Numbered from the stretch's first letter, positions 32,584 to 43,739 are shown. The stretch is 64,000 bases of DNA from an uncultured Phycisphaerales bacterium (GCA_963755915.1 CAVWLP010000003.1:864001-928000); one strand, 5' to 3'. Notes: a model not told the origin generated them from the sequence alone. Numbers and translations: made by a program.

Positions 32584-32587
32584 TCAG

Positions 32588-33121
32588 TTAGAGGGATTCT
32601 ACCTTGATTTGGGTGTTGGTGTAGATGCAGATTTGCCCTGCGATTTTCAGGGCTTCTTCTACGATTGCTTTGGCGTTGAGGGATGAATGGGCGACTAGGG
32701 CTTTGGCGGCAGCCAGGGCGTATGGTCCGCCCGATCCGATGCCGATGATGCCGTCGGTGGGTTCGATGACGTCGCCGGCGCCGCTGACCATCAGGCTTAC
32801 CTGGGCATCGGCGACGGCGAGCATTGCTTCCAGCCGCCGCAGGACGCGGTCTGTGCGCCATTCCTTGGCGAGTTCGATGACCGCGCGGCGAGTGTTGTCG
32901 GGGTGATCGGCGAGCTTTTTCTCGAAGCGTTCGAGGAGGGCGAAGGCATCGGCGGCGGAGCCGGCGAAGCCGGTGAGGACCTTGCCGGCGCCGAGGCGGC
33001 GGATTTTGACGGCGTCGTGCTTGGCGACGGTGGTGCCGAGGGTGACCTGGCCATCGCCGCCGAGGGCGACCTGGCCGTCTTTTCGGACCGAGAGAATCGT
33101 CGTGGATCGCGCCGGTTTCAT
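32588..33121 (-). CDS. hslV: ATP-dependent protease peptidase subunit HslV
   Basis: [43 protein letters not shown]. Confidence 0.96.
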   Translation of the reverse strand: MKPARSTTILSVRKDGQVALGGDGQVTLGTTVAKHDAVKIRRLGAGKVLTGFAGSAADAFALLERFEKKLADHPDNTRRAVIELAKEWRTDRVLRRLEAMLAVADAQVSLMVSGAGDVIEPTDGIIGIGSGGPYALAAAKALVAHSSLNAKAIVEEALKIAGQICIYTNTQIKVESL

Positions 33122-33145
33122 GACTCGCCATTATAATCAACAAAC

Positions 33146-35434
33146 ATGTCGGCTGCGCCCGCGGTAGAGTTTTCGTCGGTTGGACTGGGGCTGGCCGCGC
33201 TTGCCCTTGCCGCTTGCGCGATCGCCATCGCAATTGGTGCAAAATCCCCCTGCCTCTCGCCAGCCGCTGGCTTTTCGCGGTCGGCTTGTTGCTGCTCGCG
33301 CTTGCGGCCGCCGGACCTGTATGGTTCCGGACCAAACCCGGGCGCCTTGCCGTCATGGTCGATCTTTCCCCCAGCACCCGCGGCGCCCAGTTCCGCAACG
33401 CCTGGTTCCTCAAGCAGCGGATCACGCAGCTCGTCGGCAACTCGTCGTACCAAACCATCGCCTTCGCCTCGGAAAACCGCCCGCTGGATTTAAGCGGCGC
33501 CATCGAGGAGATGCCGGCGGATCGAACGATTTTCTCGCCTCCGCCTGTCGATGCGATTCTTCTTTTCAGCGATGCCCAGTTCCAGCTCCCGGAAAAATCG
33601 CCGCCGGTTTACGTGGCGATGGACGAGGGGCTGGAGAACGTCAAAGACGGCGCTGTGAAAAAGGTGGAGCTGCGGGGTGGATCGCTGGCCGCCACCATCT
33701 CCAACACCGGCGCGGATCGCGCCGCCTCTTTCCCTGGTTCGACGGCAACCGTGGGCCGGGGAACGATCGTTATCACGCGGCCCGCTCCTTCGGATTCGAC
33801 CATTGCGACGGTGAAGCTCAACGGCGGCGACTTTTGGCCGGAGAATGATTCGATCTCTACGGCCGTCCTCCCGCCCCCGGCGAGCGAGAAGTGGTGGGTT
33901 GGGGAAAATCCTCCCGACACCGACTGGCGAACCTTCGACGCCAACCAGTTGCCGGTGCTTGAACAGGAATATCTTTCACCGGCGGTCATCGTTTTGGCGA
34001 ACCAGCCTGCCGATCGTTTTTTGCCGGTGGGACTGGAGCGCCTGGCGCAATACGTGCGCGATCTGGGCGGGTCGCTGCTGATCGAAGGGGGCGACCATGC
34101 GTTCGGCGCGGGTGGATATGGGGGAACGATTCTTGAGCAATTGAGCCCGCTGGCGAGCTTTCCGCCGACGCCGACGACGCGCTGGGTTTTGCTCGCCGAT
34201 GGAAGCGGTTCGATGGCCAAGGGGACCGGCGGCGCATCGCCGTGGGCCGTGGCAACGAGCGCGATCATCAAGCTGCTTCCCGGCATTCCGCCTGCCGATC
34301 CCGTGCAGATCGGGCAGTTTTCGCAGGACGTAAAATGGTGGCTTCCCGCGGGCACTGCGGCCGATGCGGCCAGCGCCGCGCTTCCGCCGCCCGACGCTTA
34401 TCCGCATGGGCCGACGAACCTTGAAGCGGCGCTGAATGAGGTGGCGGACGATTCCAGCGCCGAAATGCGGACGGAGTTGATCCTGCTCTCGGATTGCGAC
34501 GCCACGATTTCGCATCCGGATCTTTTGTCCAACGTTCTGGCCCGCAAGCAGGTCCGGCTGCACGTGCTGGCGATCGGAGATGGGAGGCGCGCTGGGGATT
34601 ATTCGGGGGATTTGCCAGGGGACGGGGGGGGAAGTCATTGAGGAAAAGGATCCGGAAAAGTGGGCGCAGTCGCTGAAAAGATTGTCGCAGGCGGCGCTGC
34701 CGCCGCTGGTGGTGAATCAGCCGGTGATGGTGCGGTTTGAGAACGGGGCGGAGTCGATTTCGATAGCGCCAACGTCGCTGTGGAACCGGACGTGGGTGAA
34801 GCCGGATGCGCAGTGGTGGGCGGAATCGGATCTGGGGCAGCCGCTGGCGGGATTCTGGAAAATGGGGACGGGAACGGTGCTGGCGATTGGGTTTGGGGCG
34901 GATGATTCTTCACTGGAGGCGCTGGTGGGATTGATCGCGGAGAAGCCGCGCGATCCGCGGTTTTCGGTGAGGTGGGACCAGGATTCGCAGGCCCACCTGA
35001 CGGTCGACGCGGCCGGGAAGGGAGAGTTTCTCAATGGATTGGCGATTACGCTGGAGATTTCCGGGAGCGATGGGACGCAGACGCGGGCGCTGGAGCAGAC
35101 GGGGCCGGGGAGATACGAAGCGATGATTGAATCTTCGCGGGAGACGCGGATCGCGTCGGTGAAAGTCGGGGGCGAGACGATCGATCGGTCGGCAATTTCT
35201 GGACGCTATCCGCAGGAGTTTGACGCGCTGGGAAACGATCATGAAGCGATGCGGAAGTTGGCGCAGCAGAGCGGGGGCGAGGTGATCTGGCCGGGGAGTG
35301 CGGGGCCGATTGATTTTCACTGGCCGAAAGTTGGGGTGGCGCTGGGGCCGGGGATTTGTTTTTTGGGGTTGGGGTTTCTGGTGGCGGGGGTGGTGGTTTG
35401 GCGATTGAACGGGGGATTTTTGGGAAGTGAATGA
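33146..35434 (+). CDS. Membrane-anchored VWA / GATase-like domain protein (frameshifts near 33230 and 34590)
   Basis: DLSPS and DGSGS MIDAS motifs, YVRDLGGSLL..GG..AFGAGGY, TNLEAAL, LLSD, QTGPGRYE, C-terminal TM helix. Confidence 0.75.
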
Positions 35435-35599
35435 GCGGCTTGATGGGAGTTGGGTTTTGGGAGAAAATTGGGGGGAGATTTTTATCGGTTATGGTTGTTG
35501 TGACGAGGTGGACGCGGTTACTCGAATATCCATGAAAGGCTTCCCCGATCAACAAAAAAATTCTCCTCGCGAAAAGCGGTTACTTCTTTTTCATTCCGA

Positions 35600-35800
35600 G
35601 ACCTCTTCGTCCGTCTGCCGGCTGGTGACTGGCCTCTCGGCGGTCCATATATCCATTCGTGCTGGCCGGGCCCGATCAACAGCGTTTGGCCGAGCGGCAC
35701 ATGATCTCATCCGGCGCGGGCGGCCCAATTATAACGTGGCCTCTCGAGCCTGAATTGCTTCGGGCTCATGGCCAATTCGAGCCAGGGCTGGCCCACTTCC
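35600..35800 (-). ncRNA. Putative bridge/seek RNA of IS110 #2 (overlaps the recombinase 3' end)
   Basis: Guides gctcgaat and cgttata flank an internal hairpin; atggatat matches the donor end. Boundaries approximate. Confidence 0.6.
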
Positions 35801-36928
35801 GGACGAGATCAGTTCCTTATGTCTTTTGCTTCCCGGTCTTGGGGGCGGCACCTCCTGATAATCCTGGTTGTTGTTCCACATTGAATAGACGATCCGACAT
35901 ATGCGGTTGGCGACGGTGATGTAGCCGCGACCGCGGTCCTGTTTGCCGTTGTTGGTACGGCGATTGAAAAGTTCTCGCAAAAAAGCGTCCCTTTGCACTG
36001 CCGAGTGGGCGGCCTGAATAAAGGCCCACTGAAGGGTAGTGCGACCGGCGTGACCAAGTCGGCGGCCGATGGGCTTGGCATCGCGATCTTCTCCGCTGTC
36101 GTCGGCCTGCGGCGCCAGCAGGCTGTATTGGAGCAGGCATCGACTGGAGGAGAAACGATCGATTCGGCCGATCTCGGCGACCAGCGTATATCCCAGCACG
36201 GTGGAGATGCCCGGCACGGTCATCAGGCGCTGGCCGATCTCCGATCGTTTCATGGTCGCGCGGAACCGGCGGGTGGCCCGTGCGATCAGGCGACGCAGAG
36301 AATCCAGCAGCATGAGATCTTCCTTGAGCGTCTGGCGTCCTGAGAGGCTCAGGGTCTTGTCCTCGGTGAGCAGCGACAGGAAACGCCGGCCCTGCACACC
36401 GAAGAGGTCGGTGAGCTCGCTGACGATTCCATGGCGGTGCAGCGTCGCGTGAATGCGATTTTTCAACTGCGTTTGAGCCTGAACGAGGGTCATCCGATGG
36501 CGCAGCAGCTCCCGCTGATCACGAATCTCGCGTGGGGCCAGCCAGACTTCCCACCAGCGCTTCATGATGCCTCGCTTAAATATCGGTTTTTCGTTCCAGA
36601 GTTCACTGAGCAGGTCGGCATCGACCTTGTTGCTCTTGGCGATCCCGCGTCCTTCCCGCCATGCCGCCACTTTGCGGCTCGAGGCCAGGTGGGGCTGCAT
36701 GTTCAAAATCTGCAACTCATCGCTGAGCCATCCCCAGCCAAATGTCGCTTCCAGGATCACCGGCGTGCCTCGCGGCCACTGAGCGATTCGCTCTCGAAGC
36801 TTTTGGCGATCCAGGTGATCCAGGCGTTCGCGAGCAATGACCTTCCCGGAAGCGTCGCGCAGACTGGCGGACGAGAACTTCCGATGGACGTCCAGCCCTA
36901 CCTGAACTACCTTGTCGTATAACTTCAT
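35729..36928 (-). CDS. IS110-family recombinase
   Basis: GLDVH, ILEAT, KSNKVDA, VPGI, DDSG, VANR; AAGGAG RBS. Confidence 0.93.
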   Translation of the reverse strand: MKLYDKVVQVGLDVHRKFSSASLRDASGKVIARERLDHLDRQKLRERIAQWPRGTPVILEATFGWGWLSDELQILNMQPHLASSRKVAAWREGRGIAKSNKVDADLLSELWNEKPIFKRGIMKRWWEVWLAPREIRDQRELLRHRMTLVQAQTQLKNRIHATLHRHGIVSELTDLFGVQGRRFLSLLTEDKTLSLSGRQTLKEDLMLLDSLRRLIARATRRFRATMKRSEIGQRLMTVPGISTVLGYTLVAEIGRIDRFSSSRCLLQYSLLAPQADDSGEDRDAKPIGRRLGHAGRTTLQWAFIQAAHSAVQRDAFLRELFNRRTNNGKQDRGRGYITVANRICRIVYSMWNNNQDYQEVPPPRPGSKRHKELISSGSGPALARIGHEPEAIQAREATL

Positions 36929-37001
36929 GGCTATCTCCTTGTGTGAATGACACCAAAACCGGAATGTTAACTTCCGGCAGGGAGATGGCCTTTCATGCGA
37001 T

Positions 37002-37109
37002 TATAAAACGCGGTTCCGCCGCGATAACACGTGGCTGCCCCGGTGACGTTCGGTGCGACCTTGAGGTGTTGGGCGGGAAAGCGCCGTGCAAGCACGGCGG
37101 CTACACGGG
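37002..37109. repeat. Repeat family D with terminal GTAG-type REP; copies at 44928-45029, 62777-62880 and 57734-57761; left part at 35477-35526
   Basis: Shared ggttccgc.gcg...tggct...ggtgacgtt and gggcgggaaagcgccgtgcaagcacggcggctacacggg (minus strand GTAGCCGCCGTGCTTGCACGGCG). Confidence 0.78.
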
Positions 37110-37135
37110 GAGAAGCGGGGGACGGGGGCGGGGGA

Positions 37136-38338
37136 TCAGGTGATTGAATGCATCGTGACTTGGAGGATTTCTGCCGGGGCGTTGACGCGGAGGGGGAACC
37201 AGTTGCCTACGCCGTTGGAGACGATGAGGGTGGAGTTGGGTTTGTCGTAGCGGCCGGACCAGTATCGGAAGCGCAAGGGGCCGGCGCCGATGGATTTGGT
37301 GAGCATGATCTGCCCGCCGTGGGTGTGGCCGGAGATGACGAGGGGGATTTCGTGCTCGGCCGCGGTGTCCCAACTGTGGGGATGGTGGGCCATCATGATG
37401 GGAAAGAGTCCGGGGATGCGCAGGTCGGCGGTGTAGGCGACGGAGCCGGCGCGGAGGTATTCGTCGGTCCAGGTGGTGCCGAGGAGCTGGAACGCAGTGC
37501 CGCGGGTTTGGATGACGCTAGATTCATCGACAAGGATTTTTACGCCGCGGCGGCGGACGGATGCGACAAAGGCACCGGGACCCTGGATGCAGTCGTGATT
37601 TCCCAGGACCAGATAGACGCCGTCGCGGGAATCGAGGCGGAGGACCATGTCCAGGGCGCTGGGCAGATCGGCGCGGGAAATGTTGATCAGATCGCCGGGG
37701 AGGAGAACAAGGTCTGATTTCAGTCGGTTGCTGGCTTCGGCGATGTCGTCGAGCATTTTCTGGGAGGAGAATTCGCCGACGTGAGCATCGGCGATGACGG
37801 TGATGGTGTAGCCGTCGAGTTCTCTTGGCCAGGCGGGGAAGGCAAGGTCGTAGGATTTCACGCGGAATTTTCCGAGCTGGGAGGCGGCGGCGGCGCACAT
37901 CGAGGCGGTGGCGAGAGGGGCGGCGACGATGGCGGCGGAGGCGAGGAAGTTGCGGCGGGAGAGGCTTGCGGGCGGAGATGGGGGCTGCGGAGCCGGAGGC
38001 GTGGGAGAAAGGGCACGCCGTGCCCACTGGCGGATCGTGTGCGCGAAATACTCCAGCAGCAGCATAAGCACCAAAACGGGCAGGACGAGGAAGTGCCAGA
38101 TGAACTGGGCGCTGACAAGCCAGCGGGGCAGCGGGTCGCGGCGTCCGCCGAGCAGGGGATTTGCCAGGGCGGCGGTAACGCAGAAGCCGATCGCGAAAAT
38201 GGCCCAGAGGATGACGAACGTGCGCCAGTATTTTTGGCCGCGCATTCCGCGGGTGAGAACGTAGATTCGGCCTAGAACCAGAAGATCGAGGACGATGAAG
38301 ACGGAGAGGATGGAGGCGAAGAGATAGACGGCGCGCAT
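37136..38338 (-). CDS. Membrane metallophosphoesterase (YkuE/YaeI-like)
   Basis: DAH, GD, GNHD, AHHP, SGHTHGGQ and NGVG motifs; N-terminal TM helices. Confidence 0.9.
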   Translation of the reverse strand: MRAVYLFASILSVFIVLDLLVLGRIYVLTRGMRGQKYWRTFVILWAIFAIGFCVTAALANPLLGGRRDPLPRWLVSAQFIWHFLVLPVLVLMLLLEYFAHTIRQWARRALSPTPPAPQPPSPPASLSRRNFLASAAIVAAPLATASMCAAAASQLGKFRVKSYDLAFPAWPRELDGYTITVIADAHVGEFSSQKMLDDIAEASNRLKSDLVLLPGDLINISRADLPSALDMVLRLDSRDGVYLVLGNHDCIQGPGAFVASVRRRGVKILVDESSVIQTRGTAFQLLGTTWTDEYLRAGSVAYTADLRIPGLFPIMMAHHPHSWDTAAEHEIPLVISGHTHGGQIMLTKSIGAGPLRFRYWSGRYDKPNSTLIVSNGVGNWFPLRVNAPAEILQVTMHSIT

Positions 38339-38435
38339 TTCTTTTCGGGGTTAAACGTCAACATAGTGTAGGCGAATGGCGGCCCTCACCCCAACCCTCT
38401 CCCGGAATACCGGGCGAGGGGGTTATGATGCGGGT

Positions 38436-39365
38436 ATGAACATTTGCCTGGGCACGACGCCGACGGTGCAGTTAACGATGGTGTTTGAGCGGGTGGCGAC
38501 CGACGAGGTGAACCGGGCGGTTCAGGTAATTCGGGGGGCGGCGGGGAAGCCGATTAATGTAGCGCGGGTGCTGCATACGCTCGGGGATGCGGCGAAGGTC
38601 TTCGTGCCGTTGGGTGCGGATACGGGAAAGTTTCTCGCGGGGGAGCTTTCGAGGGATGGGATTGAGCACGATTGCGTGGAGGCGCCGAATCCGACGCGAA
38701 CTTGCGTGACGGTGATCGATAGCAGCGCGCGAACGGCGACGGAACTGGTGCAGGAACATGCGGCGGTGTCGCCGGAGGTTGTGGGCGGACTGCTGAAAAA
38801 GCTGGAGGGATATCTGCCGGGGGCGCGGTGCTTGATTTTGTCGGGAACATTGGCGCCGGGGACGGGGGATGATTTTTATGCGCGGTGCTGTGAGTTGGCG
38901 GGGAGATTTAAGGTGCCGGTGATTCTGGATGCGCGGGGGGAGCCGCTGGCGCGGGCGCTGGAGCATCGGCCGCTGGTGGTGAAGCCGAACCGGCAGGAAT
39001 TGGCGGGGATGATGGGGCGGAATCTCGATGATGATGGGGCGCTGCGGGAGGCGATGAAGAAGCTGCACGAGCGCAGGGCGCAGTTTGTGATCATCACGAT
39101 GGGCGGCAAGGGGGCGATGGCGTTTGACGGGAAGGCGTTTTGGAACATCGCGGCAATTGAAGTGGAGGTGATCAGCGCGATCGGCAGCGGGGATTCGTTT
39201 GCAGCGGGGCTGGCGTCCGGGATCGGGGCGGGGCGGGAGGTGATCGACGCGTGCCGGCTGGCATCGGCGTGCGCGGCCGCGAATACTCTGGTCGTGGGGG
39301 CGGGTTTTCTCAAGATCGAAGACGTGCGCAGATTGGAGCCCCTGGCACGCGTTCAGAGGCTATAA
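38436..39365 (+). CDS. 1-phosphofructokinase-family hexose kinase (PfkB)
   Basis: AGKPINVAR, TRTCVT, KPNRQE, IGSGDSF. Confidence 0.9.
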   Translation: MNICLGTTPTVQLTMVFERVATDEVNRAVQVIRGAAGKPINVARVLHTLGDAAKVFVPLGADTGKFLAGELSRDGIEHDCVEAPNPTRTCVTVIDSSARTATELVQEHAAVSPEVVGGLLKKLEGYLPGARCLILSGTLAPGTGDDFYARCCELAGRFKVPVILDARGEPLARALEHRPLVVKPNRQELAGMMGRNLDDDGALREAMKKLHERRAQFVIITMGGKGAMAFDGKAFWNIAAIEVEVISAIGSGDSFAAGLASGIGAGREVIDACRLASACAAANTLVVGAGFLKIEDVRRLEPLARVQRL

Positions 39366-39385
39366 TTGGCCAGAGGGCAATCGCG

Positions 39386-40304
39386 TTGAAGACGAATCCT
39401 GCCCAGATTCCGGCGTTGGGAAACGTACCGAAAAGCAGCGCCTTGCGCCTCGGCGATGGGGGCTGCGCATTGTCCGCACGGTGCTGCTGGTTTACCTTGG
39501 CGTGCTGCTCGTGCTTTTCGAACTTCAGGACCATCTTATTTTTCCCGGGTCGGCGACGCAGGGGCAGCGCGACGCGATGATTGCCGGGAGCGAGGGATTG
39601 CAGCTTCTCTCGCTGCGGTCGCCGGATGGCGTGCCAATCGCGGCGATCTTTGGGAAGGCGCTTCAGCCGGACGGCGCAGAGTTCGCCGACAACCGCCCCA
39701 CCGTCATCTTTCTTTACGGCAACGGCGCCTGTATGGCCTACTGCACTGATATCTTCCAGATCATCCGCAAGCTCGGCGTTAACGTCATCATTCCCGATTT
39801 CGAGGGATATGGCATGAGCGGCGGAAAGCCGAGCGAAAAAGGATGCTACGCGGCGGCCAATGCGGCGTATGACTACGTGCTTTGCGCGGGGATGTGGATC
39901 CGAAAAAGATTGTGGCGATGGGATGGTCGCTGGGAGGCGCGGCGGCGATTGACCTCGCGAGCCGGCGGCCGGTCATGGGGATCGTCACCATCAGCGCGTT
40001 CACCAACTTACCGGACATGGCCCGGCAGATCGTGCGGTGGTTTCCCGTGTCGTTCATCTTGAAATATCGCTTCGACAATGTTGGAAAGCTCGCAGGCATC
40101 ACCTGCCCGATTCTGATCGTGCATGGAACGGAGGACGAGCTGGTGCCGTTTACCATGGCCCTGAAATTAGCCGCGGCCGCGAAGGGGAATGTGCAGCGCT
40201 ATAACGTGCGGGGGGCGGGGCATAATGATGTGTTTGAGGTGGGAGGGGAAGAATTGGGGAAGCGGGTGGAGGAGTTTATTTCTAGTTTGCCAATTGCGAA
40301 TTAA
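39386..40304 (+). CDS. Alpha/beta hydrolase (YfhR/Bem46-like; frameshifted, start uncertain)
   Basis: YGNG, GYGMSGG, GWSLGG nucleophile, HGTEDELVP, GHND. Confidence 0.83.
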
Positions 40305-40908
40305 TTTCCCGTCCCTGCCCCCGCCGCGCCCCTCCGGCCGCTTCCCCCGCTGCCGGCAAATCCGCCTGAATCTGAATCAGGTTGTTGTCCGATTCCTGCC
40401 CCTCCCAATAGAGATAAACTTCCCGGCTGACATCCGTGGGCTGGAGCCCCCGCCGAGCGATTTCGCCATAGAGCTTGCCATAGGCAGCCCCCAGTTGGGA
40501 CGTCGGGCCCGAGTAGATGAGGGTCGCGCAGTGAAGCGGGCCGACGGTTGTCATTTGTATGCCGTCCGGGGCCACTGTTCCATCTTTCACGATCACTCCG
40601 ATGTCGAGGGTAAAGGTCTTGTCGCGATCCTCAGATGCCCCGTGATACGTAAAGACGGCCGGCCCCATCACGCGAAGCTTTCCCGCATCGATAGCGGCGT
40701 CGAGGACGGGCATGAGCTGCCCGATCGCATCCTGCAACTTGTTCAGCGTGGTTTGCGTGGAGACAAACGCATATGTGTACGGCTTAAGGCTTTGAATGCG
40801 AACGTCCGCCACGGTCGGCGCGGACGCCAAGCCGGAGTCGGCACGGGCGGCAAGGCACAAGCCAAGAACCAGCAACGCGATTAAGGTTGAGAGCAATTCA
40901 GTGCGCAT
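40282..40908 (-). CDS. Secreted GyrI-like small-molecule-binding domain protein
   Basis: GGAGG RBS, signal peptide, ATLIYSGP...AYGKL...REVY. Confidence 0.8.
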   Translation of the reverse strand: MRTELLSTLIALLVLGLCLAARADSGLASAPTVADVRIQSLKPYTYAFVSTQTTLNKLQDAIGQLMPVLDAAIDAGKLRVMGPAVFTYHGASEDRDKTFTLDIGVIVKDGTVAPDGIQMTTVGPLHCATLIYSGPTSQLGAAYGKLYGEIARRGLQPTDVSREVYLYWEGQESDNNLIQIQADLPAAGEAAGGARRGQGREINSQLAN

Positions 40909-40925
40909 GCGTTTCCTCCGGGGGT

Positions 40926-41201
40926 TAGAGCGTGTTATGCACTTTACCATGCCCCGCGATGAGCCGGAAAAGGCTCGAATGCGAGGCGGAGGACCGAAGA
41001 GTATCTGAATTGATACGCTGAGGTCCGACAACGAAGCAGTCGGGCCTTTTCCGGCTCACCCTTCGGGCGGGACGGAATCGGCCCATCTGCGTCGTCGCAA
41101 CGGCTCGAGGGGTCGTTCAGACCCGGTTCTCGCCATTGCTCCTAGCATCTGGGCCGATTCCGTCCCGTCGCGGGGCATGGCAAAGTGCATAACACGCTCT
41201 A
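40926..41201. mobile_element. MITE-like non-autonomous element
   Basis: 34-bp terminal IR tagagcgtgttatgcacttt(a/g)ccatgccccgcga with 1 mismatch; TA at both ends; internal hairpins; no transposase. Confidence 0.8.
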
Positions 41202-41668
41202 GATCAAAACCGCAATTATCCAAATTACCACGCGGAAGCAACAGTGCGGCGCTAACTATTGGCAAACGCGCCTACCCGAATTCCCAAAACTCCCGGCGAA
41301 TTTTATCGGGGGAATTTTTATCTAGCCTGTTTCGCCCCCCCTGTGCGATAATCGCGATCGATCGATTGCACCGTGGGTAAGTTGTATGGTGAGCGATCCC
41401 CGAATTTTTCTGCCGACCGATGGGTGCCGTCGCTGGCGCAGCGCGGTTATCGGTCCATGCAAAGAAATAGATTTCAAAACGGCAGAAAATGCGGCACCGA
41501 ATGTGGCGCGATGCGTTAGATTTTTCGCATCCGATCGCTCGCCGAACCGGCCACCAGGTGCGACAGAAAACGTCGCCCTGACCGCGCTCAGAAATGCTTT
41601 CGCTCCAGCAGGTTGATGACCGATATTTCAACCACTGGATCATGAATACTTTATTGCCCCTTTTGCAA

Positions 41669-43094
41669 ATGCCCTCGCCCGTGAACCCGGAAACGGAAGA
41701 ACTCTTCCAGCGCATCCGCGCTGAAGCTGGATCCGCGCACCTACGACCGCGCGCTCTCCTGCGTTCATTGCGGCTTGTGTCTCCCCGCTTGTCCGACCTA
41801 CTTGCAGACCGGCCACGAAGCGGAAGGCCCGCGCGGACGAATTCAACTGATGCGCGGACTTTCGGACGGAACCATCGAACCAACCCGAAAAGTGCGCGAG
41901 CATCTCGACTCCTGCCTCGGTTGCCGGGGTTGCGAAACAGCGTGCCCCAGCGGCGTCGTTTATCACGAATTGCTCGACGAGACCCGCCACCGGCTCAAGC
42001 AATACGACCGCGAAAAACCCCCGGGCTATGAATCGTATCGCGGCGTGTTGCGCTGGTTTGTGCGCAATGTGGTTACGCATCCGACGCGTCTGAAAGTTTC
42101 CGTCGCGCCGGTCCGCCTGCTGAAACGCACCGGAATGTACGGCGTGCTCGAGCGCCTGAAGGTCATGGAACTTCTCCCCGCCTCCCTGCGGAAAATGGAG
42201 CAGATGGTTCCGGACAAAGGGCCCATCTGGCCCCGGTCGCTGCCGCGATATACGGGCGCCAAGGGAATGGATGCCGTGCTGATGGCCCTGCAAAACACCG
42301 CCCTGCTCGGCAAGGCCGCCCGCTCCAACGACAATGGCCTGGCTCCGCGCAAAATCGTCGGCCTCTTCGCGGGGTGCGTCGGAAGCATTTTTTACGATCG
42401 CGTGAACCGCATGGCGATCGATCTCCTGGCCGCCTGTGGCGTGGACGTCTTCGCGCCGAAGAACCAGGGATGCTGCGGCGCGATCGACAAAAACGACGGT
42501 GAAATCGAATACTCCGCGCGCCGGGCAAAGAAGAACATCGACCTGTTCCTACCACGCGACGGATCGGCGGTCGATTTTATCGTTACCAACATTGGCGGCT
42601 GCGGAGCCGCACTGATGGAGTACGATCTGCTGCTGCGCGACGACTCGGAATATGCAGGGATGGTGCGCGAATTTCACCGGCGGTTCAGGGATATTTCGCA
42701 GATGCTGCTGGAGCTGCCGCTGCCGGAGATGAAATATCCGGTGAACCTGACGGCTGCGTATCATGACGCGTGTCATCTGACGCACGCCCAGCGGCTTCGG
42801 GAGCCACCGCGGGAATTGCTGGCGCGGATTCCGGGCTTGAAGCTGGTTCCGCTGCTGGAGGGGGATTTGTGCTGCGGAGCGGCGGGGACGTACAACCTCG
42901 AGCAGACGCAGATGGCCACCGAGCTTGCGGACCGGAAGATGGGGAACATTGTGGCGACCGGCGCGGAGGTTTTGATCTCGGGCAACGCCGGGTGCGCCTC
43001 GCACCTGGCGGCCCACGCGAAATCGCGCGGCGTGAACCTGCGGATCGTGCATCCGGTGGAGTTGATTCACCAGTCTGTCTTCGGCCGCGAGTGA
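41669..43094 (+). CDS. Fe-S oxidoreductase, GlcF-like (frameshifted in the 5' part)
   Basis: CVHCGLCLPACP and CLGCRGCETACP 4Fe-4S motifs; two CCG domains; YHDACH. Confidence 0.87.
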
Positions 43095-43325
43095 CGTTCC
43101 TCGTCTTACCCCCGCCACCGGTAATCCGGCCTTCGGCTCTGAGGCTTCGTCGCGAGCTCAGCCGAGCGGCTCAGGCTCGAAGAGGGGAGGGCAGGGGAGG
43201 GGGTTTGCTCGGGGCAGCCGCGAACACCACCCGAGATCCGATTCGAAAAACATTTCATCCTTAAGCAGTTGTCTTAATGGAGTGCCCTCGCAACCGAGGC
43301 ACCTACACGGTAATACGTTTCACCG

Positions 43326-43739
43326 ATGGTGCACCTATCACAGAGCGCTGCGGAGACGGAAGCGATCGGCGCGGAGGTTGCCAAGACGCTTGTGGGCGGC
43401 GAATGCGTCGCCCTCGACGGGCCGCTGGGCGCAGGCAAAACCCAGTTCGTGCGCGGCCTGGCAACGGCCCTTGGTGCAAATCCCCGTGCGGTCAGCAGTC
43501 CGACGTTTGTGCTGCTGAACATCTATCGCGGCGGCTGGCTTACGGTTTTTCATCTCGATGCCTACCGGGTGACGGGGCCGGAAGATTTTGAAGGGATTGG
43601 ATTTGGCGAGCTGCTCGAACAAGGCGGGGTGGTTGTGGTGGAATGGGCCAGCCGGATTGCGGAAATTCTTCCGGCCAGGCGAATCAATATTGCGATCGAA
43701 GTGCTTGGGGAATCGGAGCGGCGAATTACGATTGGATAG
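43326..43739 (+). CDS. tsaE: tRNA threonylcarbamoyladenosine biosynthesis ATPase TsaE
   Basis: GPLGAGKT, SSPTF, HLDAYR, VEWA. Confidence 0.93.
   Translation: MVHLSQSAAETEAIGAEVAKTLVGGECVALDGPLGAGKTQFVRGLATALGANPRAVSSPTFVLLNIYRGGWLTVFHLDAYRVTGPEDFEGIGFGELLEQGGVVVVEWASRIAEILPARRINIAIEVLGESERRITIG

Larger units (their letters stand above)
35527..37001 (-). mobile_element. IS110-family (IS1111-type) insertion sequence #2
   Basis: Sub-terminal IRs catgaaaggc (35531-35540) and gcctttcatg (36988-36997). The flanks rejoin into a family-D repeat resembling the uninterrupted copy at 62777-62880. Confidence 0.88.
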
